From Octopus vulgaris (taxonomy: Eukaryota): a DNA stretch of 64,000 bases. The position numbers were made by a program, and so were the translations under genes. Shown here one piece after another: positions 1-11,767 of the stretch. The stretch is taken from contig OX597817.1 in the NCBI GenBank assembly GCA_951406725.2, positions 22,320,001 to 22,384,000 on the forward strand, written 5' to 3'. The number at the start of each line of letters is the position of its first letter. Position 1 is the first letter of the stretch. Under the pieces are notes generated by a model, which did no database searches, had not been told where the DNA came from, and was given only the letters and a program-made list of their open reading frames with translations.

Positions 1-146
1 TTCTGGTTTGTCCAACTCATAACAACATCCAATGATGTGTCTTAAAATATACATGGTTAAATGTTCATGAAATACATAATTTCCTGTTCATTGTACATCT
101 GTTTTAAATGATAATGATGGTTCCATGAAAAAAAACACCAGTACAC

Positions 147-498
147 ACTTAGATAACTTAGATAACTTAGATATGTTTCGCCCAAAGATTGGTCCAGGCC
201 ATGTATAACTTAATAGCACCACCTGATAGGATTATTCGAATCCTGTTTAAGTCAAGTTTTGTTTAAGTCAAGTTTTGTTCAAGTAGTGAGTTCTTGTTGG
301 GTGAGTTGTATCCAATTATGGGTGGCTTATCTGGTATTCTTTGAAGGAATCTATCCAGACTCCGTTTAAAGTTGATGGGATCATTTTCCTCTTTGATCTC
401 CCTCGGGACGATGTTAAATAGGACAGGGCCTGTTGAGGAAAAGAAATTATGTTGCAGTGTACATGTATGTTGTGCTCTTGAATTGGGCAGGGGACGTA
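147..498 (-). mobile_element. CR1-like non-LTR retrotransposon, 5'-truncated 3' end
   Basis: ORF 263..523 C-terminus (RPLPNSR..FKRSLDRFLQRIPDKPP..NLT) is nearly identical to that at 43700-43933. Shares the 3' UTR and has a (TCTAAGTTA)n tail. Confidence 0.85.
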
Positions 499-650
499 AA
501 GTGTTTGATATTAGGTAGAGCATCGAATCACAGAAACCATGCTAAAACAGACAAATGAAGCTAGATATGGCTCTCTGACTTACCAGATGTTGTCAAATTA
601 TTCAACACATGCCAGCATGGTAAACAAACATAAAACGATGATGAAGATTA

Positions 651-688
<38 letters not shown>

Positions 689-774
689 ACATACAAGGCG
701 TATAACCACATACACATAATCATACACTCACATACACACACTCATATATATAGTAATAATAAGGATAATAATCC

Positions 775-889
775 AAGGATGGAATTTCATAACTATTTTA
801 ATGCATGTTTCCCCAAAATCACATCTTTTTGGTATTCTTGTGGAAGCGCAGGTAGTGATGCATTAAAATATCTATGAAATTCCATCCTT
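775..889. repeat. 32-bp inverted repeat (fold-back) between TAA microsatellites
   Basis: aaggatggaatttcataactattttaatgcat vs atgcattaaaatatctatgaaattccatcctt, 2 mismatches. Confidence 0.85.
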
Positions 890-901
890 TGATTGTTATT
901 A

Positions 902-964
<63 letters not shown>

Positions 965-1221
965 GTATTCGTATATTCATCCAGCATCATACCGGTACAA
1001 CTTGGTGCTATCCCATAAAACTGCTGCCGTAAGTTGGAATTACTTGGCCATAGCTGACATAATTGCATAGGAATTTTTATGTGCATACTCAAAAACATTT
1101 CCCACAAACTTAGAGGATATATATATATATGTATATATATATATGTATGTATGTATGTATATGTATGTATATGTGTGTATGTATGTATGAATGTATGTAT
1201 GTATGTATGTATGTATGTATG

Positions 1222-1256
<35 letters not shown>

Positions 1257-1486
1257 AAATAACTATAAAGCATTTTTGTTATAGCAAAAAATGTATGTAA
1301 ATTTTTTAGTTGTCGAGTTGTCCCAGACAGTCTGTGGTTTGTGTTTCTGTCGACCCCATGTCGAATTTATGATTTTTCAGAATGAACTTTTCAAAATGTT
1401 AGTTTTGAATTATGACATTGCTATGTGTGTGTCAAGTTTCATCAGAATCGGTTGAATGTATGAGGGTATGTATGTATGTATGCCGT

Positions 1487-1519
<33 letters not shown>

Positions 1520-1860
1520 GTATGTATATATGTATGCATGTGTATATGTACATGTATACTCATGTAAAAGAGTAATGCACCGAAATACACCTGAGTAATT
1601 AGCATAATTTACTATCGATTTTTCAAGCTGATATGGCTTTGACAGGATCTGACAAGGTACACTATGTCGTGCTAGTCTGCTTTGGTAAGATTTCAAGGGA
1701 ACAAAACCCTTCCTAACACCAATAAGTACATTTTATAGAGAATGCTGGGTACATTTTCCATGACACCAGCACAAAGGAGGTTGCCAAGTAACGCAAAAAA
1801 CTAAAGAGCATCTTTGACTGAGTGAGAGCAGAGAGGGAGATGGCTCTATCCCAGGTGTTG

Positions 1861-2060
1861 TTGTTGTTAAGCAACAAGACAGGTAAGGGTGATTAGGTGA
1901 TTGTCTAGGGCTTAGGGGCGGGAAACCCCAGACCTTGGAAAAAAAAAAACTTTGGTCATCTTGTTGTAGTCGTGGGCTCTTGGTTAACGTCCGACACCAC
2001 TGGGAAGTGGCCCTTGAAATCGCTGGAAATGGAGATCTCTAGGTCCAAATTCTTGAACGG
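1861..2060 (-). mobile_element. ~200-bp unclassified short retroposon with (CAA)n tail
   Basis: 15-bp TSD ctatcccaggtgttg (1846-1860 / 2061-2075). Second copy at 28690-28897. Confidence 0.85.
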
Positions 2061-2466
2061 CTATCCCAGGTGTTGAGAGGTTGAAGTGTGATAGAAGGAG
2101 CAGGTGGTCTCTTGCTGTAGAATAGATACATAGCTACCTTGCATTATATAAGAGTAGGCATGAATAATTATGATGGGGAAGGAAAGGGGGATAAAAATGA
2201 TGGAGAGAAGCTGTCACAACATTTTATCAAGGTATAAGAAAGTGAAAAGAAGAGGTGTGTGGGAAGAGAAAATTGGAAAGAGTGGGCAAGTAGTGATGTG
2301 AAGAGAGATAGGAGTAGAGGTACAGTGAACAGTGAACTTGAGAGTGGAGGAGTAATTGATGGTAAATGTGAGTTGAGGGAGGGTGATAAGAATGAGTAAC
2401 AAATGTCGACAGAAGAGGAGGTGATGACTGTCAGCACAAAAAAGGTTGAAGAGAGCAGACTAATAA

Positions 2467-2497
<31 letters not shown>

Positions 2498-2506
2498 AAT
2501 AACAAC

Positions 2507-2547
<41 letters not shown>

Positions 2548-3086
2548 TAATAATAATATAACAAAGAGAAGACAATTATGAGAAACAGAGAGATGACAGT
2601 CATTTCTCTCAGCTCCTTTCTGTTACTTGGGTCACAAATGTGATCTATGCTTGTTCTTTATATGTCTAAGTGTCTCATCTACTAGAGCTAAGGCAAAAAA
2701 ATGCTGTTTGATGTCTACTGTAGTAGAAACATATGTAAACAGCTGTTCTCCTGTCATCAGATGAGACTGTTGTCTTAATGGTAAGTCTGTTTTGAAGAAT
2801 TCTTGATTTGTATGATTAATCTCCCCTTCTTATTTGAAGTTCACACCAATTACACCCAAGTGAATGGATTACCCACTTTAATAAATCAATCATTTATCTT
2901 GTATGCTATTTAATATATATACATGCAGATACATACATACATATACAAATGTGCACATGCCTATGTATGCAAGCATACATATATGTACACCTGTGCATGC
3001 ATAGATATATTTGCATGTCTAGACATATATATATATATATAGGGCAAATTCCTGAAAAAAAACAAAAGACAAAGACAGGTGGTGTA

Positions 3087-3418
3087 AAAAAAAAAAAGAC
3101 TCCGCCGGTTACGACGACGAGGGTCCCAGCTGATACGATCAACGGAACAGCTTGCTCGTGAAATTAACGTGCAAATGGCTGAGCATTCCACAGACACGTG
3201 TACCCTTAACTTAGTTCTCGGGGATAATCAGCGTGACACAGAGAGTGACAAGGCTGACCCTTTGAAATACAAGTACAACTCATTTTTGCCAGCTGAGTGG
3301 ACTGGAGCAACGTGAAATAAAGTGTCTTGCTCAAGGACACAACGCGTCGCCGGGAATCGAACTCACAACCTTACGATCATGAGCCGAATGCCCTAACCAC
3401 TAAGCCACGCGCCCTCAC
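3087..3418 (-). mobile_element. tRNA-derived SINE (family D) with oligo-T 3' end
   Basis: A box tggcttagtgg, B box gttcgattcc, gtgtccttgagcaagacactt core; 13-bp TSD gacaggtggtgta (3074-3086 / 3419-3431). Confidence 0.9.
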
Positions 3419-3476
3419 GACAGGTGGTGTAGAAAACAAACAAATGTATTAGTATAACGCTCAGGAATTGAAAAGT

Positions 3477-3512
3477 CTTTTACATTTCGAGTCTACGCTC
3501 TTCTACAGAAAG
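3477..3512 (-). ncRNA. Minimal type-I hammerhead-like motif, U6 core variant
   Basis: CUUU CUGUAGA A GAGC-GUAG-ACUC GAAA UG UA AAAG; stem I CUUU/AAAG. Confidence 0.5.
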
Positions 3513-3915
3513 GAACAAAGAAAGAAGCAAGGAGATAAACAAGGAGAGAAAAAAAAGGAGAGAAAAAAAGGATATATATACACACATATGTATACACATG
3601 TTTACATACATACACATATATTTACATACATATACATACATTTGCATTCATACACATATGTACACATACATATATATCACATATACATAAACACACATAA
3701 ATGCAGATATAAATTCAAATACATACATACATCTCCTCCATGAGACTCACCATCCTAAAATCAGCTTTAACCATCTCATTCCACATCTTTCACAGGTTCC
3801 ATCAACTGTAAGTCATTGGCATGTCTTTATGTAAATATTTTCGTCCATAAGCATCACATACCCAAACCAATGTGGTCTTCCCTCTTCCACAGACTATCTG
3901 ATTCCTCTTATATCC

Positions 3916-4315
3916 TCTTTTACTCTTTTACTTGTTTCAGTCATTTGACTGCGGTCATGCTGGAGCACCGCCTTTAATCGAGCAACTCGACCCCCGGGAC
4001 TTATTCTTTTGTAAACCCAGTACTTATTCTATCGGTCTCTTTTGCCGAACCGCTAAGTAACGGGGACATAAACACACCAGCATCGGTTGTCAAGCAATGC
4101 TAGGGGGACAAACACAGACACACAAACACACACACGCATACATATATATATACATATATACGACGGGCTTCTTTCAGTTTCCATCTACCAAATCCACTCA
4201 CAAGGCTTTGGTCGGCCCGAGGCTATAGTAGAAGACACTTGCCCAAGGTGCCACACAGTGGGACTGAACCCGGAACCATGTGGTTGGTTAGCAAGCTACT
4301 TACCACACAGCCACG
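3916..4315 (-). mobile_element. tRNA-derived CORE-type SINE (family A)
   Basis: Head tggctgtgtggtaag..ggttcagtcc, core accttgggcaagtgtc, internal (TA)/(TG)n, tail (gtaaaaga)n; more than 10 copies in the window. Confidence 0.9.
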
Positions 4316-4784
4316 TTATACATTTGACATCACAGGGTTCAGCACAAACATCATTGGGTTCAGCACAGCTATAGTGTGTGAAAGCTGATTTTCAGAACAA
4401 TATCTTAAGAATACAAGTGTCTATGGAATACTCAGCAACTTATGTCCTAATTCAATGAGTTGGCAGTGCAGTTAATCAACTGACTGGAATTCACAACAAA
4501 ACCATTAGCAATCTAGTAATATGCTTTTTTTTTTTGCTTTTTATGCATGCATGTGAAAGAGGGAATATTTATGTATATGGGGTTCCATCTCAGTTGTACA
4601 GCATACAAGCAATTCAAAATGGATATCCTCTTTGAGCAGAATAAGTTGCCAGCCTTGTCTGTTTTCATGCTTATTACTCAAATGGTGTTCTTTGCTTCAT
4701 ATTTATATCTACTCTAAAACAATTGCGGCGTGGAAGGTGTTTGTAAGCCATTTAAGAAACACACAAAAGCCGTTCAATTCACTT

Positions 4785-5530
4785 CCTGCAACTCAACTTG
4801 ATTTCGAGCCGGGTCGTCTGCTGCTGGAGAGGACCGATCAGGTAAAGGACCTGGGTATCTTGGTGGATTCCTCCTTTTCGCCTTCGGCCCAGTGCGTCCA
4901 TGCTGCCAACAAAGCGCGCGGAATTCTGTTTTTGATTCGACGGTCATTCGGAATGCTCACAGCAGCCATATTCCTGCCACTCTATGTCACACTGGTGAGA
5001 CCCATATTGGAGTATGGGTTTCAAGCCTCTTCTCCTTATCTCCTCAAAGACATACAGCACCTCGAAAGAGTCCAGAGGCTGGCTACCTGCATGGTTCATG
5101 GTCTCAAAAATTTGTCCTACGAAGAAAGGCTGAGGACGCTCGACCTTTGTTCTCTTGAAAAACGCCGCCGCCGTGGTGATCTCATTCTCGCCCACAACAT
5201 CATAAGCGGGAAGTGTAACCTCTCGAAAGAGCTGTTCTTCACTCCTGCTCTGGAGTGTCGGCTGCGGGGTCATTCCGAAAAGCTCTACCTGCGACGATTT
5301 CATCTCAATCGAAGGAGAGGAGCTTTCTCCGTCCGGGTTGCGGATCCGTGGAACAAGCTGCCAGACGAGATGGTGAAGATGCCGACGACCGCTTTGTTCA
5401 AAGCCTCCCTGGACCTCAAGTGGCCTGAACTCTTTACATGAACACCACCCTGTACTTAACTCCATGTCCCCCTACATGGCCTTGCTATTTGCTTTTGAGC
5501 CAAATTAACTAACTAACTAACTAACTAACT
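4785..5530 (+). mobile_element. CR1-clade LINE, 5'-truncated; RT C-terminus open to stop at 5441
   Basis: KDLGILVD, LYVTLVRPILEY, LERVQRLAT, LSYEERL, RRRRGDLI, RLRGH, PWNKLP motifs; (AACT)n tail. Confidence 0.92.
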
Positions 5531-5547
5531 TCAACATTTAAGTTTAA

Positions 5548-5597
5548 TTTGTCAAAATATTTTCGTCGCTAAAATCTGCAACCTGTTCACTGACAAA
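5548..5597 (-). ncRNA. Minimal type-I hammerhead motif, G3-C8 swapped core
   Basis: UUUGUCA GUGAACA G GUUGC-AGAUUUUA-GCGAC GAAA AUAU UU UGACAAA: 7-bp stem I, 5-bp stem II, palindromic stem III. Confidence 0.6.
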
Positions 5598-5643
5598 AAT
5601 CTGTGCTGACAAAAATCCGAGTACATCTCCGTATATCTACTCC

Positions 5644-5827
5644 TTTACTTTTTTACTTGTTTCAGTCACTTGACTGTGGCCATGCTGGAGCACCACTTTT
5701 AGCCGAGCAAATCAACTCCAGGAAATATTCTTTGAAATATTCTTTTATTCTATCAGTCTCTTTTGCCGAATCAGTTGTCAAGCGATGTTGGGGGGACAAA
5801 CACAGACACACAAACATATATACACAT

Positions 5828-5858
<31 letters not shown>

Positions 5859-6030
5859 CATATATATGATGGGCTTCTTTCAGTTTCCGTCTACCAAATT
5901 CACTCACAAGGCTTTGGTCGACCCGAGGCTATAGTAGAAGACACTTGCCCAGGGTGCCATGTAGTGGGACTGAACCCGGAACCATGTGGTTCGTAAGCAA
6001 GCTACTTACCACACAGCCACTTCTATGCCT
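5644..6030 (-). mobile_element. SINE family A
   Basis: Aligns to other family A copies; internal deletion. Confidence 0.88.
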
Positions 6031-6356
6031 GTAAGTTACAATGTATTCATAATTGGTTTTTGTGCCCCATAACACACCTCACATTAGCTGGTCTATGATC
6101 GAAGGTATTCCATTTATGACCATCCTATCTTTTATTATTATTATAATTTTTTTTAGTTGCTGCAGTGGGTCCCAAACTATATCAGTAAGCATTTTCTTTT
6201 CAAAACTGATAGGATATGATTGAATGGCAATTTGGCTACCATTTGTAGTAGATCAAATTATATAAAGTGACTTCCTCATTGGCATAACCTGCATCATAAT
6301 ATATTTTAAAGACAATTTTAAATTATTTTATATTTCATCATTGATATTTGCCTTAA

Positions 6357-6576
6357 CCCTTTAGTGTTTAAACTGGCCATATCCGGCCAAAATATTCTAC
6401 CTGTTTTATGTTCAAACTAGTCAGATATGGTCATTCATAGCTACCTTATTGTGTCATTTTAAAAATAAACAATCACATCATTGAAATCTCAAAGCCATGA
6501 AATGATGCAAGAATAATTTTACATGGTGTGAATACATAAGCTTTACATTTGATAGAATAATCTGAATGCTAAAGGG
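6357..6576. mobile_element. piggyBac-type MITE
   Basis: TTAA on both sides (6353-6356, 6577-6580); termini ccctttag...ctaaaggg. Confidence 0.75.
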
Positions 6577-6691
6577 TTAATGAAATATAATTCTATTCAT
6601 CACTGATGATAATTTTTGCAAACTGATATGCATTATAACTTTGTTTATGTGACATTAAATAGGTGAAATATTAATTTCATGCGGGTATTAT

Positions 6692-6905
6692 ATCTCTTTT
6701 ACTCTTTTACTTGTTTCAGTCATTTGACTGCGGCCATGCTGGAGCACCGCCTTTAGTCGAGCAAATCGACCCCCGGGACTTTATTCTTTGTAAGCCCAGT
6801 ACTTATTCTATCGGTCTCTTTTGCCGAACCGCTAAGTTACGGGGGACATAAACACACCAGCATCGGTTGTCAAGCAATGCTAGGGGGACAAACACAGACA
6901 CACAA

Positions 6906-6942
<37 letters not shown>

Positions 6943-7113
6943 CATATATACGACAGGCTTCTTTCAGTTTCCGTCTACCAAGTCCACTCACAAGGCTTTG
7001 GTCGGCCCGAGGCTATAGCAGAAGACACTTGCCCAAGATGCCACGCAGTGGGACTGAACCGAGAACCATGTGGTTGGTTAGCAAGCTATGTACCACACAG
7101 CCACTCCTGCACC
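6692..7113 (-). mobile_element. SINE family A, full length
   Basis: Complete head, core and tail. Confidence 0.92.
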
Positions 7114-7964
7114 TTATTTATATTAAATTTATACTCTAATAGATTATACATTGTTTCTGACCCATGACTATCAGTTATGCACTCTTACTCATTCAAAGCA
7201 CAGTGTCTGTTATTGGTATATTTGTGTTGGAAATATATCAAAATGATTGTCTAAGATCATTGACTGGCTGGTTATATTATCATATTGGCCATATAAAATC
7301 AAATATAATAACTCATACACTTCTTATATATGTCATTAAACTTTATCCAGTGGTGAGGCTGCAGTTTGGAAGTTCTGAAGTTGTAGGAAGCATGGAGTGA
7401 CCTATTAATTATCAATACTCTCAGATCTGTTCTGACCCTGAATGGTAGTACCTGCCAGGATCTCATCTATGGGTTAAATAGGTTTTTCTGAGGGCAGGTT
7501 AAACTCCTTGGCTGTGGTGAAAACGAACAAGCTAGATGGTAAATGCCAAAATGGATACCCTCTTTCAACATGCACTAATCAAGTAAGGAAGATTATGGCT
7601 GATAGGATTAACATGAGGTGTGTCCAATAATTGATTCAAATCAAGGAGGACAGCTATCCTGACCATCAACTGGTGACCAGGAGAGCACATCAGCAGCCTT
7701 GAATGGGCTGGCTTGCCCTGGGTGCTTTTGCTGAGGCAGAGATAGCAGGAAATGATGATATATATATATATATATATATATATGTGCCTGTGAGTAAACA
7801 CATAAATGTGAAACAAGGTGGAAAAAAGAGTACTCAAATACCAGTGGTAGAGTAATATGCTTTATTTTAAGCAGCAGAAAACCCAAACCAAAATCTGTTA
7901 CCTTTTTTCTCAAAAAAAATTTGCATCGTTCATCAGACAGCTATTTTTTTCTAATCTCTAAAAA

Positions 7965-8006
7965 CTGTCTGATGAACTTACAAACCTGAGAAACTCAGAG
8001 TAACAG
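7965..8006 (+). ncRNA. Minimal type-I hammerhead motif in a fold-back element (7855-8045)
   Basis: CUGU CUGAUGA [weak stem II] GAAA CUCAGAG UA ACAG; degenerate inverted copy at ~7893-7940. Confidence 0.6.
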
Positions 8007-8041
8007 ATTTTGTATAATATATATATGCTATTAAAATAAAG

Positions 8042-8073
<32 letters not shown>

Positions 8074-8168
8074 TATATGCTAGTATGTCTTGACATTGCC
8101 TAATTGTTGTAAGGCAGTGTCACTGTCATACAGTTAATATATACTTCTTTACTAACTTTTCATACATA

Positions 8169-8219
<51 letters not shown>

Positions 8220-8915
8220 TCTGAGATACCTGGTAATACATTACCTTTAATAAGATATCTGTTTATAGCCATGAAACATTTTTTGTCAAATCTCGACATT
8301 TTTCAAAAATTTAAAATCTATATTAATGGGTAGGACATATTTGGTGAAAAAATGAGCAGAGTCTGGTAGAGAAGTTCTTTCCTCTTCGTTTTTATACATG
8401 CGTGTAAAAAGGCGAAATTTTATGCCTAGGGGCAGATTTCGTCAAATTTATGTTATGACGGCTAGTGCACAAAATGTTTAAATTTTCCTTGAGAAATAAA
8501 ACGCTCTTACCTAATCAAAACCTGAAACACTGTAGAATTAAAATAATGAATTGAAATAATAAGTTTTAGCAAATTAAAACAATTTGTATTGAAATGAAGA
8601 ATTAGCAAATGCTAAATAGATTACTTTTAATAAACTGGCTGTTTATACCCATGAAACATTTTGGGTCAAATTTCGGCATTTTTCATCAAATCGATGTCAC
8701 GATGGCTAGTGCAAAAACTGCTGAAATTTAACAATCTTTGAAAAATCGATGCTGATTAAAAATCGATTTTTAAAAATAATTCCAAGTGTGCAAGTGACTG
8801 TATGAGAATAAGCCCCACACATGTGTCAAATTTCATCAAGGTTTCTTGGATAGTTTCGGAGGAGTTAAAGTAACAAATTCACAAACACACGAACTTGCCA
8901 TTTATTATTATTATG
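8220..8915 (+). mobile_element. Probable non-autonomous Helitron-like element with internal direct repeats
   Basis: 3' motif tgtgtcaaatttcatcaag..tagtttcggaggagtt..acaaacacac..catttattattat resembles Lep1/HINE-type ends; repeats at 8241-8305 and 8621-8685. Confidence 0.4.
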
Positions 8916-9099
8916 ATGATTTTGTGTGTGTGTGTGTGTGTGTATACGTTAAGAGCACCATCCGAGCATATGTAGCCCAGATCTTAGTACTTCATTCCTT
9001 ACCTTTTGTGTATATATATATATATATACCCATGCTAGCACCGTCCAACCCATGCTAGCATGGAAAGCGGACGCTAAATGATGATGATGATGATGATGA

Positions 9100-9142
<43 letters not shown>

Positions 9143-9190
9143 GCAAGATTTTTCATGTGAAGTCGTGTGTTGAAACAGATATTATTTTTT

Positions 9191-9271
9191 TCGGAATGGT
9201 CATTTTGCCAGTTTATCCAATAAATAGTGCGTGTGTTTTTATTGGTTAAACTGGCAAAATGACCATTTCGA
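9191..9271. repeat. 34-bp inverted repeat (fold-back)
   Basis: tcggaatggtcattttgccagtttatccaataaa / tttattggttaaactggcaaaatgaccatttcga. Confidence 0.85.
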
Positions 9272-9304
9272 AATATAATAATAATGATAATAATAATAAT
9301 AATA

Positions 9305-9337
<33 letters not shown>

Positions 9338-9440
9338 TGTGAAATTTGATTTAGTATTACTAAATTGAATTTTCCCCTGTAAGTTTGGAAACATATTCCC
9401 TAATATCATATATATATGTATATATATATATATATATATA

Positions 9441-9600
9441 CAAAAGGTAAGGAATGGAATACTAAGATCTTGGATACATATGTTCAATTGTGAATGGAAC
9501 CTCGAAAGTGGTAAGTATCCAAGCGAGGTGTATACTACAGGCTACTCTTTAGGCCAAGGATATCTTGATTAAATGAAGGTTTAAATTATTGCAAGGAAGT
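9441..9600 (-). mobile_element. Degenerate copy of the HHR element at 10740-10890
   Basis: Reverse complement aligns over ~150 nt with 10740-10890; its end is also inverted at 8965-9010. Confidence 0.7.
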
Positions 9601-9904
9601 ACATGTTAACATGTAGAAGATTCAATCAGAATGTGTAGAGGGCAGAGCAGGAGTGGAGAATATAAATGTAGAGAGAATTTGGGATTAAATGAAGTAAAGA
9701 GAAATTAAGGTTTCAAGGAAAGAAAGAAAAAAACATAAGAAGGAAAAAACCATAAGGGATTGTGAAGAAAGAGGAAATTAAGCAAGGTCATTTAACCAGC
9801 AGTATTCAATAGATCTTGTATTCTTCATGCATACATTTTACATTCCCTTGAACATAAATATTTCCCCATACTCCGCCACACACACACACATATCTTTTTT
9901 CAAA

Positions 9905-10068
9905 TACCTATTTCTTTATTACCCACAAGGGGCTAAACACAGAGAGGACAAACAAGGACAGACATAGGTATTAAGTCGATTCCATCGACCCCAGTGCGTA
10001 ACTGGTACTTAATTTATCGACCCCGAAAGGATGAAAGGCAAAGTCAACCTCGGCGGAATTTGAACTCA
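9905..10068 (-). mobile_element. SINE family B, 5'-truncated
   Basis: gagttcaaattccgccgagg..gcctttcatcctttcggggtcgataaattaagtaccag..agccccttgtggg. Confidence 0.85.
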
Positions 10069-10182
10069 CCACTCCCCTTGCTAATTTCTGTGATTCAGCC
10101 AAAATAATCCTATTGAATACTACCAGTCAAATGACCTTGCTTAAATTCCTCTTTCTTCTCACTCCCTTTTATTCTTTTCTTT

Positions 10183-10402
10183 TTCTTTTACTTGTTTCAG
10201 TCATTTGACAGCGGCCATGCTGGAGCACCGCCTTTTAGTCGAGCAAATCGACCCCAGGACTTATTCTTTGTAAGCCCAGTATTTATTCTATCAGTCTCTT
10301 TTGCTGAACCGCTAAGTGACGGGGACATAAACACACCAGCATCGGTTGTCAAGCAATGTTCGGGGGACAAACACAGACACACAAACATATACACACACAT
10401 AC

Positions 10403-10459
<57 letters not shown>

Positions 10460-10630
10460 AATATATGACAGGCTTCTTTCAGTTTCCTTCTACCAAATCC
10501 ACTCACTAGGCATTGGTTGGCCTGGGACTATAGCAGAAGACACTTGCCCAAGATGCCACGCAGTGGGACTGAACCCGGAACCATATGGTTGGTTAGCAAG
10601 CTACTTACCACACAGCCACTCCTGCGCCTA
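10183..10630 (-). mobile_element. SINE family A, full length
   Basis: Complete head and tail; expanded internal (TA)n. Confidence 0.92.
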
Positions 10631-10775
10631 TTATGTTTTTTTCTTTCCTTTCTTCTTTAGTCCTAATTTCTCTCTACATTCATATTCTACTGTGCTCTCT
10701 ACACATTCTGACTGAATCTCCCAAGAGCTAACATTCACCTCCTTGCAACAATGTAAACTTTCATTGAATCAAGAT

Positions 10776-10870
10776 ATCTATGGCCTGACGAGTAGCCTGC
10801 GGTATACACCATGCTTGGATATTTACCACTTCCAATGTTCCATTTGCTATGAAAGATATGTAGCCTGGAT
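10776..10870 (+). ncRNA. Type-I hammerhead motif with expanded stem-II loop
   Basis: GGC CUGACGA GUAGC-[49 nt]-GCUAU GAAA GAUAUG UA GCC; sister copies read CAUAUG (palindromic stem III). Confidence 0.6.
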
Positions 10871-11082
10871 CGCATTACTCCATTACTTGTATTCTTATTC
10901 GCATAGCTGGCAACCATGTGAAATATAAAAATAACTCTTTTCAATTTATCGTTCTTCGATATTAAAAGAATCAACATCTGTCCTTCTCAATAAACTGCTA
11001 TTGTCCCTGAAGGTTGTTTTTTGATATTTATAAGTTGAATGAAGCTAACTTTCTTCTTATACTTTGATTTTGGATCTTTCAT

Positions 11083-11126
<44 letters not shown>

Positions 11127-11215
11127 GAAGAATTCACAAAAAAAACAAAAGATGAAGACAGGGGATGTAGACAACAAACAGATGTATTAGTTTAACACTT
11201 GGGGAGTGAAGAAGT

Positions 11216-11251
11216 CATTAACGTTTCGAGCCTATGCTCTTCCACAGAAAG
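11216..11251 (-). ncRNA. Minimal type-I hammerhead-like motif, U6 core variant
   Basis: CUUU CUGUGGA A GAGC-AUAG-GCUC GAAA CG UU AAUG; perfect stem II, AACGUU palindrome. Confidence 0.55.
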
Positions 11252-11767
11252 GAACACAGAAAGAAAGGAGAGGAAATAAAGAATGTGTAGTGGCTCTCAA
11301 TCTATCATGGTGAATGCCAGGCAGAGAGGTCACAGAGGAGAGCTAGAAAGAAGGGGAGATAATAAAGTAGTGGTGATCCCAAAGCGAAGGTGTGCGCGCA
11401 TGTGTATATGAAAGCATGTATGTGCGTGAGGAAGAGGGCTGGTGACCTTGACGTGTGTATGTGTAGGTGTGTGGATGTGAGGCTGGTAAGTGGTCAGTGC
11501 TAGTGTGTGCATGTTGGTGTGATGTGATGTGATGCAGTATTGTGTGGTATGGTGGTGTATGGTGTAGTGGTGTCTGGTGTGGTGTGATGGTGTTGGAATG
11601 TAAGATCCAAGGATCAAGGTATAAAGCAGAAAGTTAGCTTCATTCAACTTATAAATATAAAAAACAACTTTCAGGGACAATAGCGGTTTATTGAGAAGGA
11701 AAGATGTAGATTTTTTCTTTTTGAAGAACGATAAATTGAAAAAAAGTTATATATATATATAAATTTA

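Larger units (their letters stand above)
3040..3570 (-). mobile_element. Non-autonomous HHR-bearing (PLE-like) element, interrupted by a SINE
   Basis: Homologous to 11120-11290; contains the HHR-like motif 3477-3512; flanked by (TA)n. Confidence 0.6.

Noticed and set aside
3340-3418. tRNA genes (also at 40500-40575)
   Set aside because: These are SINE heads with TSDs and no complete acceptor stem.
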